From: Candidatus Tayloriibacteriota bacterium
GTDB lineage: Bacteria > Patescibacteriota > Minisyncoccia > Phycocordibacterales > PALSA-1337
NCBI GenBank assembly: GCA_903857825.1
Contig: CAIOGI010000009.1
Span: forward strand, 7,203-71,202
Direction of reading: 5' to 3'
DNA: 64,000 nucleotides
Shown: one piece after another, positions 8,499 to 19,442 of the stretch
Position numbering within the stretch: position 1 is the first letter of the stretch
How the letters are laid out: every line of letters starts with the position of its first letter
Position numbers and translations under genes: made by a program
The notes under the pieces: generated by a model
Database searches by the model: none
Told to the model about the DNA's origin: nothing
What the model saw: the letters and a program-made list of their open reading frames with translations, nothing else

Positions 8499-10442
8499 AT
8501 GACTAACATCTCCACAATTAACAGAAAATCATATAGAGCATGGATCGTATTTCGTACATACTTTGTTACGCCTTTTTGTCTCACTTCGTTTTCAATTGGT
8601 ATAGGACTTTATATCTATTCTTTTTTTTCAAATTCCTTTATTTGTCCAAGCTGGGTATTAATTATTTCATCGATACTCGGATATATAGCGATCCTTAACC
8701 GCATTCATGATAGATTTAGAATATCACTACTGATCTTCATTTCTTGCTTGTTCTATTTGCTGATAATAATTCTAACTGGGGCTGATGGAGTTTTTCTGAA
8801 AATCACAAACTCAGTTGCATTTTCGGTTATGATTTCCTCTTTGGCTTATCTTTGCATTAGTAAAATTTTTTATCACTCAGAGAATAGTTCAGGTCTTGAG
8901 GCCATCAGTAAAAGTAAGAAGGGTCTATACATATTTCCATGTCTGCTGGTCATCCTAATTTCATTTGGAATATTTATACGTATGAAAGGTGTTGCTTCAC
9001 TTGGTTTTTGGTTCGATGAATCGATTTCAGCGCTAGTGGCACAGCGCATCTCCGGTGGATGGTCGGACACATTCCTATCCGGAATTCATTATGGACGGGG
9101 ACTTTTCTATCACTATATACTTTCCCTATTTACTGGATCATTCGAAAATATATATTTTGCCAGTCGACTAGCTAATGTAGTCTTCTTCATTCCAACAAGT
9201 ATTGTTGTTTATCTCTGGACTAAGAGAATTCGTGGCGAATACGCGGCTACTATAGCCACGAGCATATTTTGCTTAGCACCATTTAATATAGCAATGTTTC
9301 GCGAAGCTAGATTCTATGAATTCTTATCACTACTAGTAATTTTGATTGGATTCTTTTCGTATATTCTCATTGAGAAGATCATTAAACAAAATAAAGGGAA
9401 AATACTGATATCTAAAATTAAAATTGACCTGGAAACTATTTTGCTATTCGCAATGATTGTGGTACTGGGTATCTTAGCATTACAAACTAATGAAATTGTC
9501 GCCTATCTGATTTATTTTCCAATTGTTTTTGGTCTATATATGCTGGTAATCTTTCGAGAAAAATTTGGAATTTATCTTATCCTTTCCTTTTTTTCACTAT
9601 TAATCGCAGCACTGCTTATTAAATATGGTCTAGATTTCAAATATATCTATATATTCAAACAACCACAAATACCATGGAAGGCTTTGACATCAGCAGAAAG
9701 TTTCTCGGCTTTCTTTCACTATTTTCTCAGTATTGCCGATCCATATTTTCGAATCATTATTCCAATCGGCTTTCTATGGATTACGACAAGATTAAAGGAT
9801 TGGAAGGCTCAGTATGTATTCCTGTTTGTGATCTGTATCTACTCAATTATAAGCATACAAGGATATGGATTGGCCGGTTTGAGATATTACTATTTTTTAA
9901 TGCCCTTCGTTGCCATTATTATCGGATTAAGTTTATGGAACCTCTTTTTGTTTTCAAATAATAAAATCGTTAGAATTTTTTCATCATTACTAATTATAAT
10001 GATACTTAGCGGCTATTTTATTGCAGGTATAAAAGAATCTAACGCTGTGGTAAATAGTGATTCAGTTGTTGATATTAAAAACGTTCAGCTAAATGATTCG
10101 TTTGCTTATTTACTTAGCCGGCCAGATATCCAAACATCAACAATCATTTCTGATCTGCATAGTTCAGTTCCATTCTACATTTATTCATCACGTATTCCGG
10201 ATTTCTTAATAGCTGAAGATCCTAAAATCGAACCAAACATTGTTCGTAACGGAAAAGATATATACCTTGGTATGAAAACAATAAACTTCACCGATATCGC
10301 TTCCATAAGTGATCAAAATACTTATGTTATTAACTGGTATTCTCCATCCCTGACTCCTAAAAACATGCAGGAGTTTTTACAAAATAATGGTGAATTAATT
10401 TACAAGCATGGACCAGAACGTATTTATCTTATTAGGAAATGA
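8499..10442 (+). CDS. GT-C fold membrane glycosyltransferase
   Basis: GFWFDE and REARFYE motifs; many TM helices. Confidence 0.82.
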   Translation: MTNISTINRKSYRAWIVFRTYFVTPFCLTSFSIGIGLYIYSFFSNSFICPSWVLIISSILGYIAILNRIHDRFRISLLIFISCLFYLLIIILTGADGVFLKITNSVAFSVMISSLAYLCISKIFYHSENSSGLEAISKSKKGLYIFPCLLVILISFGIFIRMKGVASLGFWFDESISALVAQRISGGWSDTFLSGIHYGRGLFYHYILSLFTGSFENIYFASRLANVVFFIPTSIVVYLWTKRIRGEYAATIATSIFCLAPFNIAMFREARFYEFLSLLVILIGFFSYILIEKIIKQNKGKILISKIKIDLETILLFAMIVVLGILALQTNEIVAYLIYFPIVFGLYMLVIFREKFGIYLILSFFSLLIAALLIKYGLDFKYIYIFKQPQIPWKALTSAESFSAFFHYFLSIADPYFRIIIPIGFLWITTRLKDWKAQYVFLFVICIYSIISIQGYGLAGLRYYYFLMPFVAIIIGLSLWNLFLFSNNKIVRIFSSLLIIMILSGYFIAGIKESNAVVNSDSVVDIKNVQLNDSFAYLLSRPDIQTSTIISDLHSSVPFYIYSSRIPDFLIAEDPKIEPNIVRNGKDIYLGMKTINFTDIASISDQNTYVINWYSPSLTPKNMQEFLQNNGELIYKHGPERIYLIRK

Positions 10443-11697
10443 TAGGTGCCTTCACCTCTGATCGAACAAGGGCTTTAATTCTCATGAAATAAATAACTCG
10501 GACAGTTACAAGCATGCATATAGATGCTATCAAAGTTGCGTATATCGGTCCCATATATCCCATAAGACGTAATAATATAATACTGAGAACAACATTAAAA
10601 ATGGCAAGTACGGAATAAAATATCGTCATAATTTTTGCATGGCCAGTGGGAATGATGATACCTAAATCAACTGTTAGGGCAGAAGCATAGAAAACAAAAA
10701 TCATTACTGAAAACGGTAAAATTTGAAATAATAGATCATTGTAATATGCCGGATAAAATTGCTTAACGAAAATAGGAATGAGAAACATGCTTATAGTTCC
10801 GATTGTTACTGCCGCCAACATAGTCAGTAGCGTATATTTTTTTAGATGTGAGTGGATACTTTTATATTCCCCCCGCATATTCAAATGAGTGAAGTTTGGT
10901 GCAATTACCTGGGCCAAGATCGCAAAAGGACCCGATAAAATCATAAAGATGCGATTCAAAAAGTCATAGGTGGCAATTTGGTCAAGATACCCGTAGTGAC
11001 CAAGTAAAACTATATCTGTGCGAGAAAAGATCTGGTAACCAACTGCAGCAACCCCACAAATAAATGAATAGGTGGCAATATTCTTTAGGACAGACCGGTC
11101 TATTCTAAAACTCAATTCTTTATGTGCAATCGCTAGTGCGATAATCAGAATGGAATAAAATACAATTTGGCTTACCATCGCTCCGTATATGCCATATTTC
11201 TGGACTAGAAAATATATAGGAATAACGAAAACAATCCCTATACCCATAGTGATCAGTGATAAATATTTAAATCTTTTTAAACCGCGAAAAATCCCATCAT
11301 AAAGATAGGAGATCGGGATTAGAAATGTGAGAATGACTATGAATAAAACATAACTCACTTGCATATGTAGGATGTATGTATTTATAACAATAAAGCCTAG
11401 TGAGAGCGTGGCTGCTACTGTCGCAATCAGTATAAATGAACTTGCTACAATTGATTTTAGTTTTGTCTGGTCGGTTTTCGAGTACTCAGCGACATACTTA
11501 CTTGTGGCTGTCGATATCCCGAAGTCCCCCACTAACCCAAGTAGAACGGCAATTGATGATACATAGCTATAAAGACCCACCTTCCCAGGATCTACAAGAT
11601 GCGCCACGATGAAGAATATGAATATATTCATTCCTTGTTTTACGATTAATTGCGCACCTCTCCAAATGGAGGATTTGATTATATTATTCATGTTCAT
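10432..11697 (-). CDS. Wzx-like oligosaccharide flippase
   Basis: DFGISTATSKYVAE and SRTDIVLLG motifs; ~12 TM helices. Confidence 0.88.
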   Translation of the reverse strand: MNMNNIIKSSIWRGAQLIVKQGMNIFIFFIVAHLVDPGKVGLYSYVSSIAVLLGLVGDFGISTATSKYVAEYSKTDQTKLKSIVASSFILIATVAATLSLGFIVINTYILHMQVSYVLFIVILTFLIPISYLYDGIFRGLKRFKYLSLITMGIGIVFVIPIYFLVQKYGIYGAMVSQIVFYSILIIALAIAHKELSFRIDRSVLKNIATYSFICGVAAVGYQIFSRTDIVLLGHYGYLDQIATYDFLNRIFMILSGPFAILAQVIAPNFTHLNMRGEYKSIHSHLKKYTLLTMLAAVTIGTISMFLIPIFVKQFYPAYYNDLLFQILPFSVMIFVFYASALTVDLGIIIPTGHAKIMTIFYSVLAIFNVVLSIILLRLMGYMGPIYATLIASICMLVTVRVIYFMRIKALVRSEVKAPIIS

Positions 11698-12649
11698 TTT
11701 GGAAATAACGATATGAAATCATCGCTGTGTTAATTGTTACAAGTGACAAAGTGTCCATCCAGGGTTTAACAAGGAAACTTTCAAAAAACATTCCTGTCTC
11801 TATAAATGATTTGGCTGACAGACCAAACACGGCCACAATATATGAGATCAATAGTACATTCGATATAAAGGGGGCAATAAATATAGATACCAATAAAAAT
11901 GCTAGTCCAATCAAGGGAATATTATATTTAAATAGAAGACTAAAAGGGTCCTTCTTGTTATTTTTTATCAGAAAATTTCTTGATCTAGCCCCTTTTATCC
12001 ATACCCTGAATAATTCACCAAACTCTGAACGATTTTTATGCAGCAACTTTGCTTGTGGGTTATATTGAATTAAGTAACCAACTTTTCTTACTCTCTGGCA
12101 TATTTCCTTGTCTTCGGATCGAGGTATCTCAATTGATCCATTCTCAAACTTCTCGAGAAAATATCCAGATTCCTCTAACACAGCTCTCCTTATTGTAAGG
12201 TTGCACCCAGGATATGTTTGGACTTTCCTGGTTTTCAGATATCGGGGATATCCCTCAAACAGAGAAACTCCTAAGTAATCAGATACCCATGTTTTTATCA
12301 TAGGCATAACCATTCCTCCCCCAGCCCCCACATTCGGGTTCCTAAATGTCTCCTCATGATATTTCAGATAGTCTTTGTCTAGTTTTAAGTCTACATCCAA
12401 AAAAACCAGTATTGCTCCTGATGAATTAATTATTCCACAATTTCTTGCCTCAGAAAGTCCTCGTCTTTTTTCAGTTAGCACTTTAATAGGATATTTTGAC
12501 GCAACTTTCAGGGAGTTATCAGTCGAATCATTGTCAACATACACTATTTCATACTGATCTTTTGGGTAATCCTGTACAAGACAGGATTCAATGCACGAAT
12601 CCAAATTTTCTTGTTCATTATATCCACAAATAATTAAGCTGAATTTCAT
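11684..12649 (-). CDS. Family 2 glycosyltransferase
   Basis: YVDNDSTD, FLDVD and SEDKE motifs. Confidence 0.92.
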   Translation of the reverse strand: MKFSLIICGYNEQENLDSCIESCLVQDYPKDQYEIVYVDNDSTDNSLKVASKYPIKVLTEKRRGLSEARNCGIINSSGAILVFLDVDLKLDKDYLKYHEETFRNPNVGAGGGMVMPMIKTWVSDYLGVSLFEGYPRYLKTRKVQTYPGCNLTIRRAVLEESGYFLEKFENGSIEIPRSEDKEICQRVRKVGYLIQYNPQAKLLHKNRSEFGELFRVWIKGARSRNFLIKNNKKDPFSLLFKYNIPLIGLAFLLVSIFIAPFISNVLLISYIVAVFGLSAKSFIETGMFFESFLVKPWMDTLSLVTINTAMISYRYFQNEHE

Positions 12650-13767
12650 AAATATTTACTATATTGCCTCGATATAATTTCTCTGTCATAAAACTTAATC
12701 GCTCTTTGCCGTCCTTCGTCTCCGAGAGCGGATATCCTATTCCAGTCCAAAACTAGAAGATTAATCGTCTTACCGATGGTTTGATCGTTTTCAGGAGGAA
12801 CAACTAATCCTGAACCGTTTATTATTTCCACGCAGCCAGAAGAATTACTTGTAATCACAGCACACCCTGCTAACATTGCCTCAAGTAATACCATTCCAAA
12901 ACTCTCATATTTAGATAAAAGACAAAATATGGCCGCCTGCTCCAATAAATCCTTATATTCTTTTCCATTGTTATCAAGCCAGCCATGAAAAATAATTTTT
13001 GTTTTAGATCTTTCAGCGAGTTGCTTGAGTTCATTCATCATCGGACCGTCGCCCGCTATATGGACTTCCCATTTTATATCTTCGTCTGATACAGCCCTGA
13101 TCAAATGCTGAAAACCTTTACTTCGCAATAATCGTCCTGAAGAAAATATTATTTTCCTTTTCGATTGAGGGTGAAACTTTTCAATATCAATTCCATTGGG
13201 AATTATTATTATTTTTTTACGATCAAACCTAGGATATACCTTTACTATCTTATTTCTAAGAAAGTCTGATGGTGAAATAACAATCTTCGCATTGTCCAAT
13301 ATAATTTTCCATATTTTTACAAGAAATGGATATATCATTTTGAATCTAGAATTATACCCAATAACATCGCTTCCATGAGCCGTTACTATAAATGGCAGAC
13401 CAAACTGTTTTTTAAGTATATATGACAAAATTCCTGTAGGAATGATGAAATGGGAGTGGCAGATATCGTAATAATTTTGCTTAAGCAAACTTCTACACTT
13501 TAAATATCCAAACAGTAAATATGTGAGTTGTTCCCAAGGATGACAGATTTCCTTTCTACTTCGTAGAGACTTTACTCGATAGATTCTAAATGAATCGTTA
13601 ATTTTTTCATACGCCGGCAGGAGCTTATAACTCATAGTGACCACATCGATGTCAAATTCTCCAGTTTCGCTCAATCCTTCAGCAATATCATAAGACACTG
13701 GACTTGCTCCGCCACCTAGAGGCGGAAATTCGTAATTTAGCAGAAGTATCCTTTTCTTGGTTGCCAT
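12646..13767 (-). CDS. Family 4 glycosyltransferase
   Basis: EFPPLGGGA, AHGSD and ESFGMVLLEAM motifs. Confidence 0.93.
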   Translation of the reverse strand: MATKKRILLLNYEFPPLGGGASPVSYDIAEGLSETGEFDIDVVTMSYKLLPAYEKINDSFRIYRVKSLRSRKEICHPWEQLTYLLFGYLKCRSLLKQNYYDICHSHFIIPTGILSYILKKQFGLPFIVTAHGSDVIGYNSRFKMIYPFLVKIWKIILDNAKIVISPSDFLRNKIVKVYPRFDRKKIIIIPNGIDIEKFHPQSKRKIIFSSGRLLRSKGFQHLIRAVSDEDIKWEVHIAGDGPMMNELKQLAERSKTKIIFHGWLDNNGKEYKDLLEQAAIFCLLSKYESFGMVLLEAMLAGCAVITSNSSGCVEIINGSGLVVPPENDQTIGKTINLLVLDWNRISALGDEGRQRAIKFYDREIISRQYSKYL

Positions 13768-14705
13768 TATTTTCTTATAATTTCGCGCACATAATAACGC
13801 TTTTCATATGGTGAGTTATTCAGATGAATCCGGATCAGGAAATCCATGATGATACCAAAGCTGAAAAACATGATACCCGCGATAAAGAGAAAAGCTGTGA
13901 GAAAGAACCATCCATTTCTATTGAGGGAAAGTCCAAAAACAACTTTTCCATATATAGTCCAGAAACCGGAGAGGAAACCTACAAAAAAAGAGGCGAGACT
14001 AAGGTATCCGAAAAGATGAAGGGGGCGCTGTGAATATTTCTGGATGAACCAGATCTTTATTAGGTCAATAAAGCCACGAATGGCTTTCGTGCAGTTATAT
14101 TTACTTTTTCCGTTAACCCTGGGTCGATGATTTACTATGATCTCACCTATTCTGAAACCTTTCCATTTCAGGATCGGCAGGATATAGCGATGCATCTCAC
14201 CGCCGATATCAAGACTTTTTGCGGCTTCTCTTTTATAAACACGCAGAGTGCAACCAGTATCATGTACAACGTCTGAGATAATAAGCCGACGCATGAGTCT
14301 TCCCATGCGAGTAAGAATATTTATGCTTCCATTATCCTTTCTTTTCTTGCGCCAACCTGCCACAACATCAAGATCGTCCTGTGTCAGTTTCTCAACAAGT
14401 TTGGGAATATCAGCAGGATCATTTTGTCCGTCTCCATCAAGAGAAATTATGAAATTACCGTCCGCCGCCTTGAAGCCAGCATCCAACGCCACAGCTTGTC
14501 CGTAGTTTCGGTTCAAATTGATTATAGTGACACCGTGAAGGGATTTCAGCTCTCCTAGAGTAGAATCGGTACTTCCATCGTTGATATAGATAATCTCGGA
14601 ATAGCCACGAAGATGGCTCATTGCCGACTTTATTTCACTGTCTAGATTTGTTATGTTTCCTGCTTCGTTAAAGACTGGAACAATGACTGAGTATTCATTT
14701 TTCAT
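13767..14705 (-). CDS. Polyprenyl-phosphate glycosyltransferase (GT2; ArnC/GtrB/DPM1-like)
   Basis: INDGSTD, RNYGQ and LDGDGQNDP motifs; two C-terminal TM helices. Confidence 0.92.
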   Translation of the reverse strand: MKNEYSVIVPVFNEAGNITNLDSEIKSAMSHLRGYSEIIYINDGSTDSTLGELKSLHGVTIINLNRNYGQAVALDAGFKAADGNFIISLDGDGQNDPADIPKLVEKLTQDDLDVVAGWRKKRKDNGSINILTRMGRLMRRLIISDVVHDTGCTLRVYKREAAKSLDIGGEMHRYILPILKWKGFRIGEIIVNHRPRVNGKSKYNCTKAIRGFIDLIKIWFIQKYSQRPLHLFGYLSLASFFVGFLSGFWTIYGKVVFGLSLNRNGWFFLTAFLFIAGIMFFSFGIIMDFLIRIHLNNSPYEKRYYVREIIRK

Positions 14706-14779
14706 GTTTTAAAGTATAACACATAATATATTGGTTGTCTATTTATCGTGACTAAGGCTTTTGATTTTAAATCATCTAC

Positions 14780-15148
14780 TTATTCCAAGTGTAAATATAT
14801 TTTTTGCTCCCGAATTTTTGATGCCTCAGCTAGAGCTGATGAAATTTCATTTAAATGAAGTCGGATCATCTCGTTTGGTATGTGCATTGTATCGAATCCA
14901 CTTTTATGTGAGTAGTAACCACGACTTAAATCAGACACAATTTGCTCGGGGTTTGTAAGATGTTGTATACCATCGACCTCGATATTAATTTTTGCCTTAG
15001 GAATCGCTAGATCTATGTGCTTAAATCCATCATGAAGTTCTACCAAAACACGAACTCCCTTTTCCTCCAGAGCATTTTTTAAATCGGATGCTTCCTTTGT
15101 TGGAGTTCGATATTTTTTTATTATAATTTTCTGATTTGTTTCTTCCAT
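14780..15148 (-). CDS. DUF559/Vsr-like endonuclease
   Basis: HIDLAI...IEVDGIQH motif. Confidence 0.8.
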   Translation of the reverse strand: MEETNQKIIIKKYRTPTKEASDLKNALEEKGVRVLVELHDGFKHIDLAIPKAKINIEVDGIQHLTNPEQIVSDLSRGYYSHKSGFDTMHIPNEMIRLHLNEISSALAEASKIREQKIYLHLE

Positions 15149-15191
15149 AATAAATCTATAATTCTTCTGCTAATCTATTAACATTTTTTTA

Positions 15192-15947
15192 TTAATAATT
15201 TGGGTCAGCGGCATTTGCTGCTTTTCTATAATTACAATGATCACAATCCTGAGCTGCAATTGGCATTTTTCCATCAAGACATTTTTTGATATCGAACAAA
15301 GATTTTTCAACCCATGTACTGTCACCAGTATAGGGTAAAATATCTATATCAAAATCTATTTTTGCGTCAAAGGCTTCGCGGTCTGTCTTACCGTTGCAAT
15401 ACACGAAATATCCTGTATTTGAAACTTTGAATCCTGTTTGGCGTAATAGCCACTGATACATTTCCATTTGACGTTTATAACCCATCTGCCATTCTGCATC
15501 GAGAGTCACTTTAGCTGGCTTACTAGTCGCTTTATAGTCTACAACCACAATCTCACCAGTTTTATCTACCCATAGGTCATCTACAGCTCCTGTCATTATA
15601 AAATTCGTTGGCTTATGATGGTATTGAACCCCTTTGAAGTTCTCTCGCCATTCATTGATCTTTTCATGCTTAAAGGGGACCATATCGAGGCTATAAGCCT
15701 TCATTAGGGGGTGTGGAGTCCCCTTCGCTCGATGTATGTCAAACTCCTTCTTTAGAAGAGTATCTACAGCCGAATTTATGGCAAATGGAAATGGTGGAAT
15801 CTGGCCTACCCCAAGTCGACGATCGATATAAAAACATTTGGGGCATTTTGTGTATAGTTCGATTTTTGATCGAGACAATTTGAAAGGCTCCGTGCTTGCC
15901 GGATCATAGAGGTTTCGTATTCTGTTCGCCTTATAATATTCTGACAT
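15192..15947 (-). CDS. PD-(D/E)XK nuclease (Cas4/AddB-like, four Cys)
   Basis: CPKC, GAVDD, VVDYKAT, QMEMY and CDHC motifs. Confidence 0.88.
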   Translation of the reverse strand: MSEYYKANRIRNLYDPASTEPFKLSRSKIELYTKCPKCFYIDRRLGVGQIPPFPFAINSAVDTLLKKEFDIHRAKGTPHPLMKAYSLDMVPFKHEKINEWRENFKGVQYHHKPTNFIMTGAVDDLWVDKTGEIVVVDYKATSKPAKVTLDAEWQMGYKRQMEMYQWLLRQTGFKVSNTGYFVYCNGKTDREAFDAKIDFDIDILPYTGDSTWVEKSLFDIKKCLDGKMPIAAQDCDHCNYRKAANAADPNY

Positions 15948-15950
15948 GTT

Positions 15951-16847
15951 TTATAGGCTATACTGGTAAGATTGGCTGATATAGTCAAGTGCTGCAACTA
16001 TTTCTTCAGGTTTCTCTATTCTAAACTTCGTTTCTCCGGTTCCCCAGTGTCCTTTTTGACTTACATCATGTAATTCGATTCCATTCCTCTTGATCCTGTC
16101 TACAGGCATCGTTATGTGAATCCATAATCCTTTTGCCTGAGGAATAATCTCGCAAAAAATATTTTCAATTTTATAACTGATATATAGTTTGGTAAACTTT
16201 TCCTCTATGTTGGTATCGAGTTCAAAAATCTTCTCTTTTAGTTGATCATAAAGTTCTCGACTTTCTTTCCAACTATCACGAAATAAATGATTTATCGTGT
16301 ATTCTTTTCCGTATTCCCGGACAGGTTTTTCATCGTCTTCACTTACTAGTTTCTTTGATCCACTTAGTTTGAATCCCTTCTGAAAGTTTTCTACATCAAC
16401 CGAAAGAAGGTCGTCATAGAGACGATATTTTAGAAGCTCGATTGTGAACGGCAAAAACTTCACAAGTCCAAGATCAAATTTGTTATAACTTTCAGCTACA
16501 CAAATGACTCGAGGAGATGACCAATCAACTATTATCTCCAGTTTTTTAGCTTGAACAAGTTTTTCAAACTTCTCCTTATGATCAAGAAGCCATTCAAGAT
16601 ACCATGTAGCTTGATTTATTACAGAATCATTCTGAGTACGCTTATATTCAATTATAACGGGAGATCCATTTTGATCAATTCCGATTGTATCGATTCTACC
16701 TTCATTGGTAGTGAACTCAGTATCAAGAAAATAAATACCTAGAATCTCCTTCAGGTTTTCCTCTATTAATCGTTGAATGTCTCGTTCAACAACGCTTCGC
16801 TTTTCGATCTTCACCGCTTTATTATTTTGTATTTTGAATAGAGGCAT
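15951..16847 (-). CDS. NucS-like endonuclease domain fused to a DUF5655-like domain
   Basis: GRIDTIG...IIEYK and C-terminal GHWGTG motifs. Confidence 0.8.
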   Translation of the reverse strand: MPLFKIQNNKAVKIEKRSVVERDIQRLIEENLKEILGIYFLDTEFTTNEGRIDTIGIDQNGSPVIIEYKRTQNDSVINQATWYLEWLLDHKEKFEKLVQAKKLEIIVDWSSPRVICVAESYNKFDLGLVKFLPFTIELLKYRLYDDLLSVDVENFQKGFKLSGSKKLVSEDDEKPVREYGKEYTINHLFRDSWKESRELYDQLKEKIFELDTNIEEKFTKLYISYKIENIFCEIIPQAKGLWIHITMPVDRIKRNGIELHDVSQKGHWGTGETKFRIEKPEEIVAALDYISQSYQYSL

Positions 16848-16940
16848 ACAATGTGGATGTTCTCAATATGATAACATGCGAAAAGAATTAATTGAAGGCC
16901 TGATATAGATTTCGAACCGTAACTCTGATATAATTATTTA

Positions 16941-18323
16941 ATGAAAAATATCTGGCTTCTCACCGAAGAACGACCTAAAAACGATGTCATTCTCACTATT
17001 TTGAATAAGGTCGGGACAGACAATAATTTTAAAGTTCAATCTGAGGGTGCGAAGGTTATACCTATTATGAAAGATGGTTGTTTTACTTTTTTATACAAAG
17101 TTGAAGATGTTAAATGCGAAGGATTTGAAAATATATTTATTAAAATAGCCAGTGGTAATTCTAGCTTCGTCGATTTTTTGATATTTCTCCAAGAAGCAGA
17201 GCCTGATCAAAGTTCAAAACCTCTCTATGCAATAGAAGAAACGAAAACCGATGATTCAGAATCTCGTAACACAGGAGTCTACCAACGCTGTAGTAAGTTT
17301 GTATATGTAGAATTCTATTATCCGGGCATTAGGAAAATAATGCTCTACAGTTTGCAGATCAAGCAAAAAATAAAACCAACAGTAACCAATATTTTCGGCA
17401 CACGAATGCTACGAACGATAGGCGTTGAAATTCTTGGCAAAACATTTGATGAGGAAGTCATGAGACCATTCACGAGCCTCGATGAGCTAGTTCAAGCAAA
17501 GAGTGCTATGAGAATGCCCCCGACCGGTAATGTCCCTATTCAAATCGAGGTGCACCCTGACAAAATCACAGTATCAGGAAGGCTTTTTAAAGCTGGTGGG
17601 ATAGGCCATGACCCTAATATCGGCGCACTCACCATCATAGCTCTCTGTATTAGACGTTGGGAAAAAGAAAAGCCAATCATCATAACCAAACATGGTTTAT
17701 CTCAAGAACATCTTGGAAGAGGAAACAAATTTATTCAGATCGCCAACAGGCTCAATATCGGGCTTGATGGTTTAAATGTCCAAATTGCAACTCAACATGA
17801 GCTTTATTGGCATTATGAAATGTCCCAAGAAAAGCTAGCCACTATATTTCTCCACGTCCTATTACTCAATTACACGAAAGCAGAAGTCATCTATGCCAAC
17901 CATGGAGGCACGGAGAGAGGATACTTTATGCACAAAGTTCAGGGACCGATCGTGATTGAGAAATATCAAGAAGGAAAACGAGCCGCATATAAGCTTGGCG
18001 ACAAATCTCTGATTATTCACTTACCAGACATGATCATTTTTGATACTGCTAGAAATCAGATCATCAATGTCGAGGGTAAAAAGTATAGTACACGAGCAGC
18101 TGGTATCGAGGAGTTGGCAAACTATTCCTACATTGAAGAAAAAGTGATTCTACCTTCACATAGTCCTTCGGCTTTTATCAGGACCGTTGTTGTTTTTGGT
18201 AGCAAAGAAACTGAACTTAAGGAAAAAGAGATCGGATTTATGCTAAATGAAAATGGAGATCTTGTGTTGGGTAAATATGCTCCTGAAATATTTAAAGAAG
18301 TAGTATCAAAAGCTACAGCCTAG
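16941..18323 (+). CDS. Putative type II restriction endonuclease
   Basis: Convergent with two MTases; VD...IEETK and PD...VEGK nuclease-like motifs. Confidence 0.65.
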   Translation: MKNIWLLTEERPKNDVILTILNKVGTDNNFKVQSEGAKVIPIMKDGCFTFLYKVEDVKCEGFENIFIKIASGNSSFVDFLIFLQEAEPDQSSKPLYAIEETKTDDSESRNTGVYQRCSKFVYVEFYYPGIRKIMLYSLQIKQKIKPTVTNIFGTRMLRTIGVEILGKTFDEEVMRPFTSLDELVQAKSAMRMPPTGNVPIQIEVHPDKITVSGRLFKAGGIGHDPNIGALTIIALCIRRWEKEKPIIITKHGLSQEHLGRGNKFIQIANRLNIGLDGLNVQIATQHELYWHYEMSQEKLATIFLHVLLLNYTKAEVIYANHGGTERGYFMHKVQGPIVIEKYQEGKRAAYKLGDKSLIIHLPDMIIFDTARNQIINVEGKKYSTRAAGIEELANYSYIEEKVILPSHSPSAFIRTVVVFGSKETELKEKEIGFMLNENGDLVLGKYAPEIFKEVVSKATA

Positions 18324-19441
18324 GCCTCTTGTAACGCCAAGTCTTTTTTCTTTAGCTTCCCCACCCTTTTATTTCCAACCTGAGAATTCTCTAGAATATA
18401 TAATTGCTCCTGAATAGTTTTCATATGCTTCGAGTCTCCGTTGCTATTGCTTTTAAACCTGAGGTAATCAATATTCTGCAATGTTACTCGTCCATACTTC
18501 TCTAGAGTTGCAATGATATCTTTCTCAGGCATTGCACCTTCAGAATTGTAGCTCAAAATCAGATAGCGGTATTTAGCTGTTTTTGCCACCTTATCTAAGG
18601 CAAGAAGTGCTGTATTTTTATTACAAAAATCAGATTTTTGATTCTTGTAATCTCTCATTCCTGTTACACCCTTAATCGCAGGACTGTCGTATCGTGCGAT
18701 TGTTTCCAAGAGATGATAGTTCGGTGCATATTGCCGATGGTTATAAGGAGGATCCATATAGAGTATGTCTACATCTAAATCTTCCACTAGATCCATACTG
18801 TTCCTGTTGAACACAGTATGCTCTTTGTCGCCTGAATAAAAACTCATTTCTTTAATTTGAAGCGGCTTTAACGCTCTAGGGTCATACTCCTTAAGAAAAG
18901 CTGCATAGACACCTGAAATATTTGCATAGAAAGGTACACTTTCAATAAGAGAAGCGAGAAGTACAAAATACTCATTTTCATTTATTAATTTTTCTTTCCA
19001 CCATTCTTCTATCAAAAGTCTTATAGCATCAATCTTCTTACCATTCTCGGGTAGAAAGAATTTTCTTTTATGTTCCTGATCCTTAGTTCCTTCATCAGTA
19101 TAATTTTTGTAAATAAAACCTTTAACACCTTTCAATTCGTTCAAATAACTTCTTACAGAATCAAAAGGAGAAGCAAAAAGAATGTTCGATGAGACATCAA
19201 GTGTTTTCAGCAGTTTTTTAAACTCAGGTTCACCATTATTTTCTATATAAGCTTTTTGGAGTACATAAGAAAAATAGAGTAAATCAGAAGACACAATCTC
19301 AAATCCTTTTTCCTTAAAGAATCTTCCAACATTTGAAGTACCAGAAAAGAAATCGCAAAAAACCCCATCTTTTACGCCAGTCGAGGTTACGGCTTGGTAG
19401 ATTCGATCCAGCAATTTTTCTTTGTTGCCAATAAATCTCAT
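18320..19441 (-). CDS. DNA adenine methyltransferase (D12 class)
   Basis: RFIGNK, DFFSGT and DPPY motifs. Confidence 0.93.
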   Translation of the reverse strand: MRFIGNKEKLLDRIYQAVTSTGVKDGVFCDFFSGTSNVGRFFKEKGFEIVSSDLLYFSYVLQKAYIENNGEPEFKKLLKTLDVSSNILFASPFDSVRSYLNELKGVKGFIYKNYTDEGTKDQEHKRKFFLPENGKKIDAIRLLIEEWWKEKLINENEYFVLLASLIESVPFYANISGVYAAFLKEYDPRALKPLQIKEMSFYSGDKEHTVFNRNSMDLVEDLDVDILYMDPPYNHRQYAPNYHLLETIARYDSPAIKGVTGMRDYKNQKSDFCNKNTALLALDKVAKTAKYRYLILSYNSEGAMPEKDIIATLEKYGRVTLQNIDYLRFKSNSNGDSKHMKTIQEQLYILENSQVGNKRVGKLKKKDLALQEA

Positions 19442-19442
19442 A

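Noticed and set aside
15192..15947. Cas4-like nuclease as evidence of CRISPR-Cas
   Set aside because: No repeat-spacer array and no other cas genes were seen; the gap-tail repeats are separated by whole genes.
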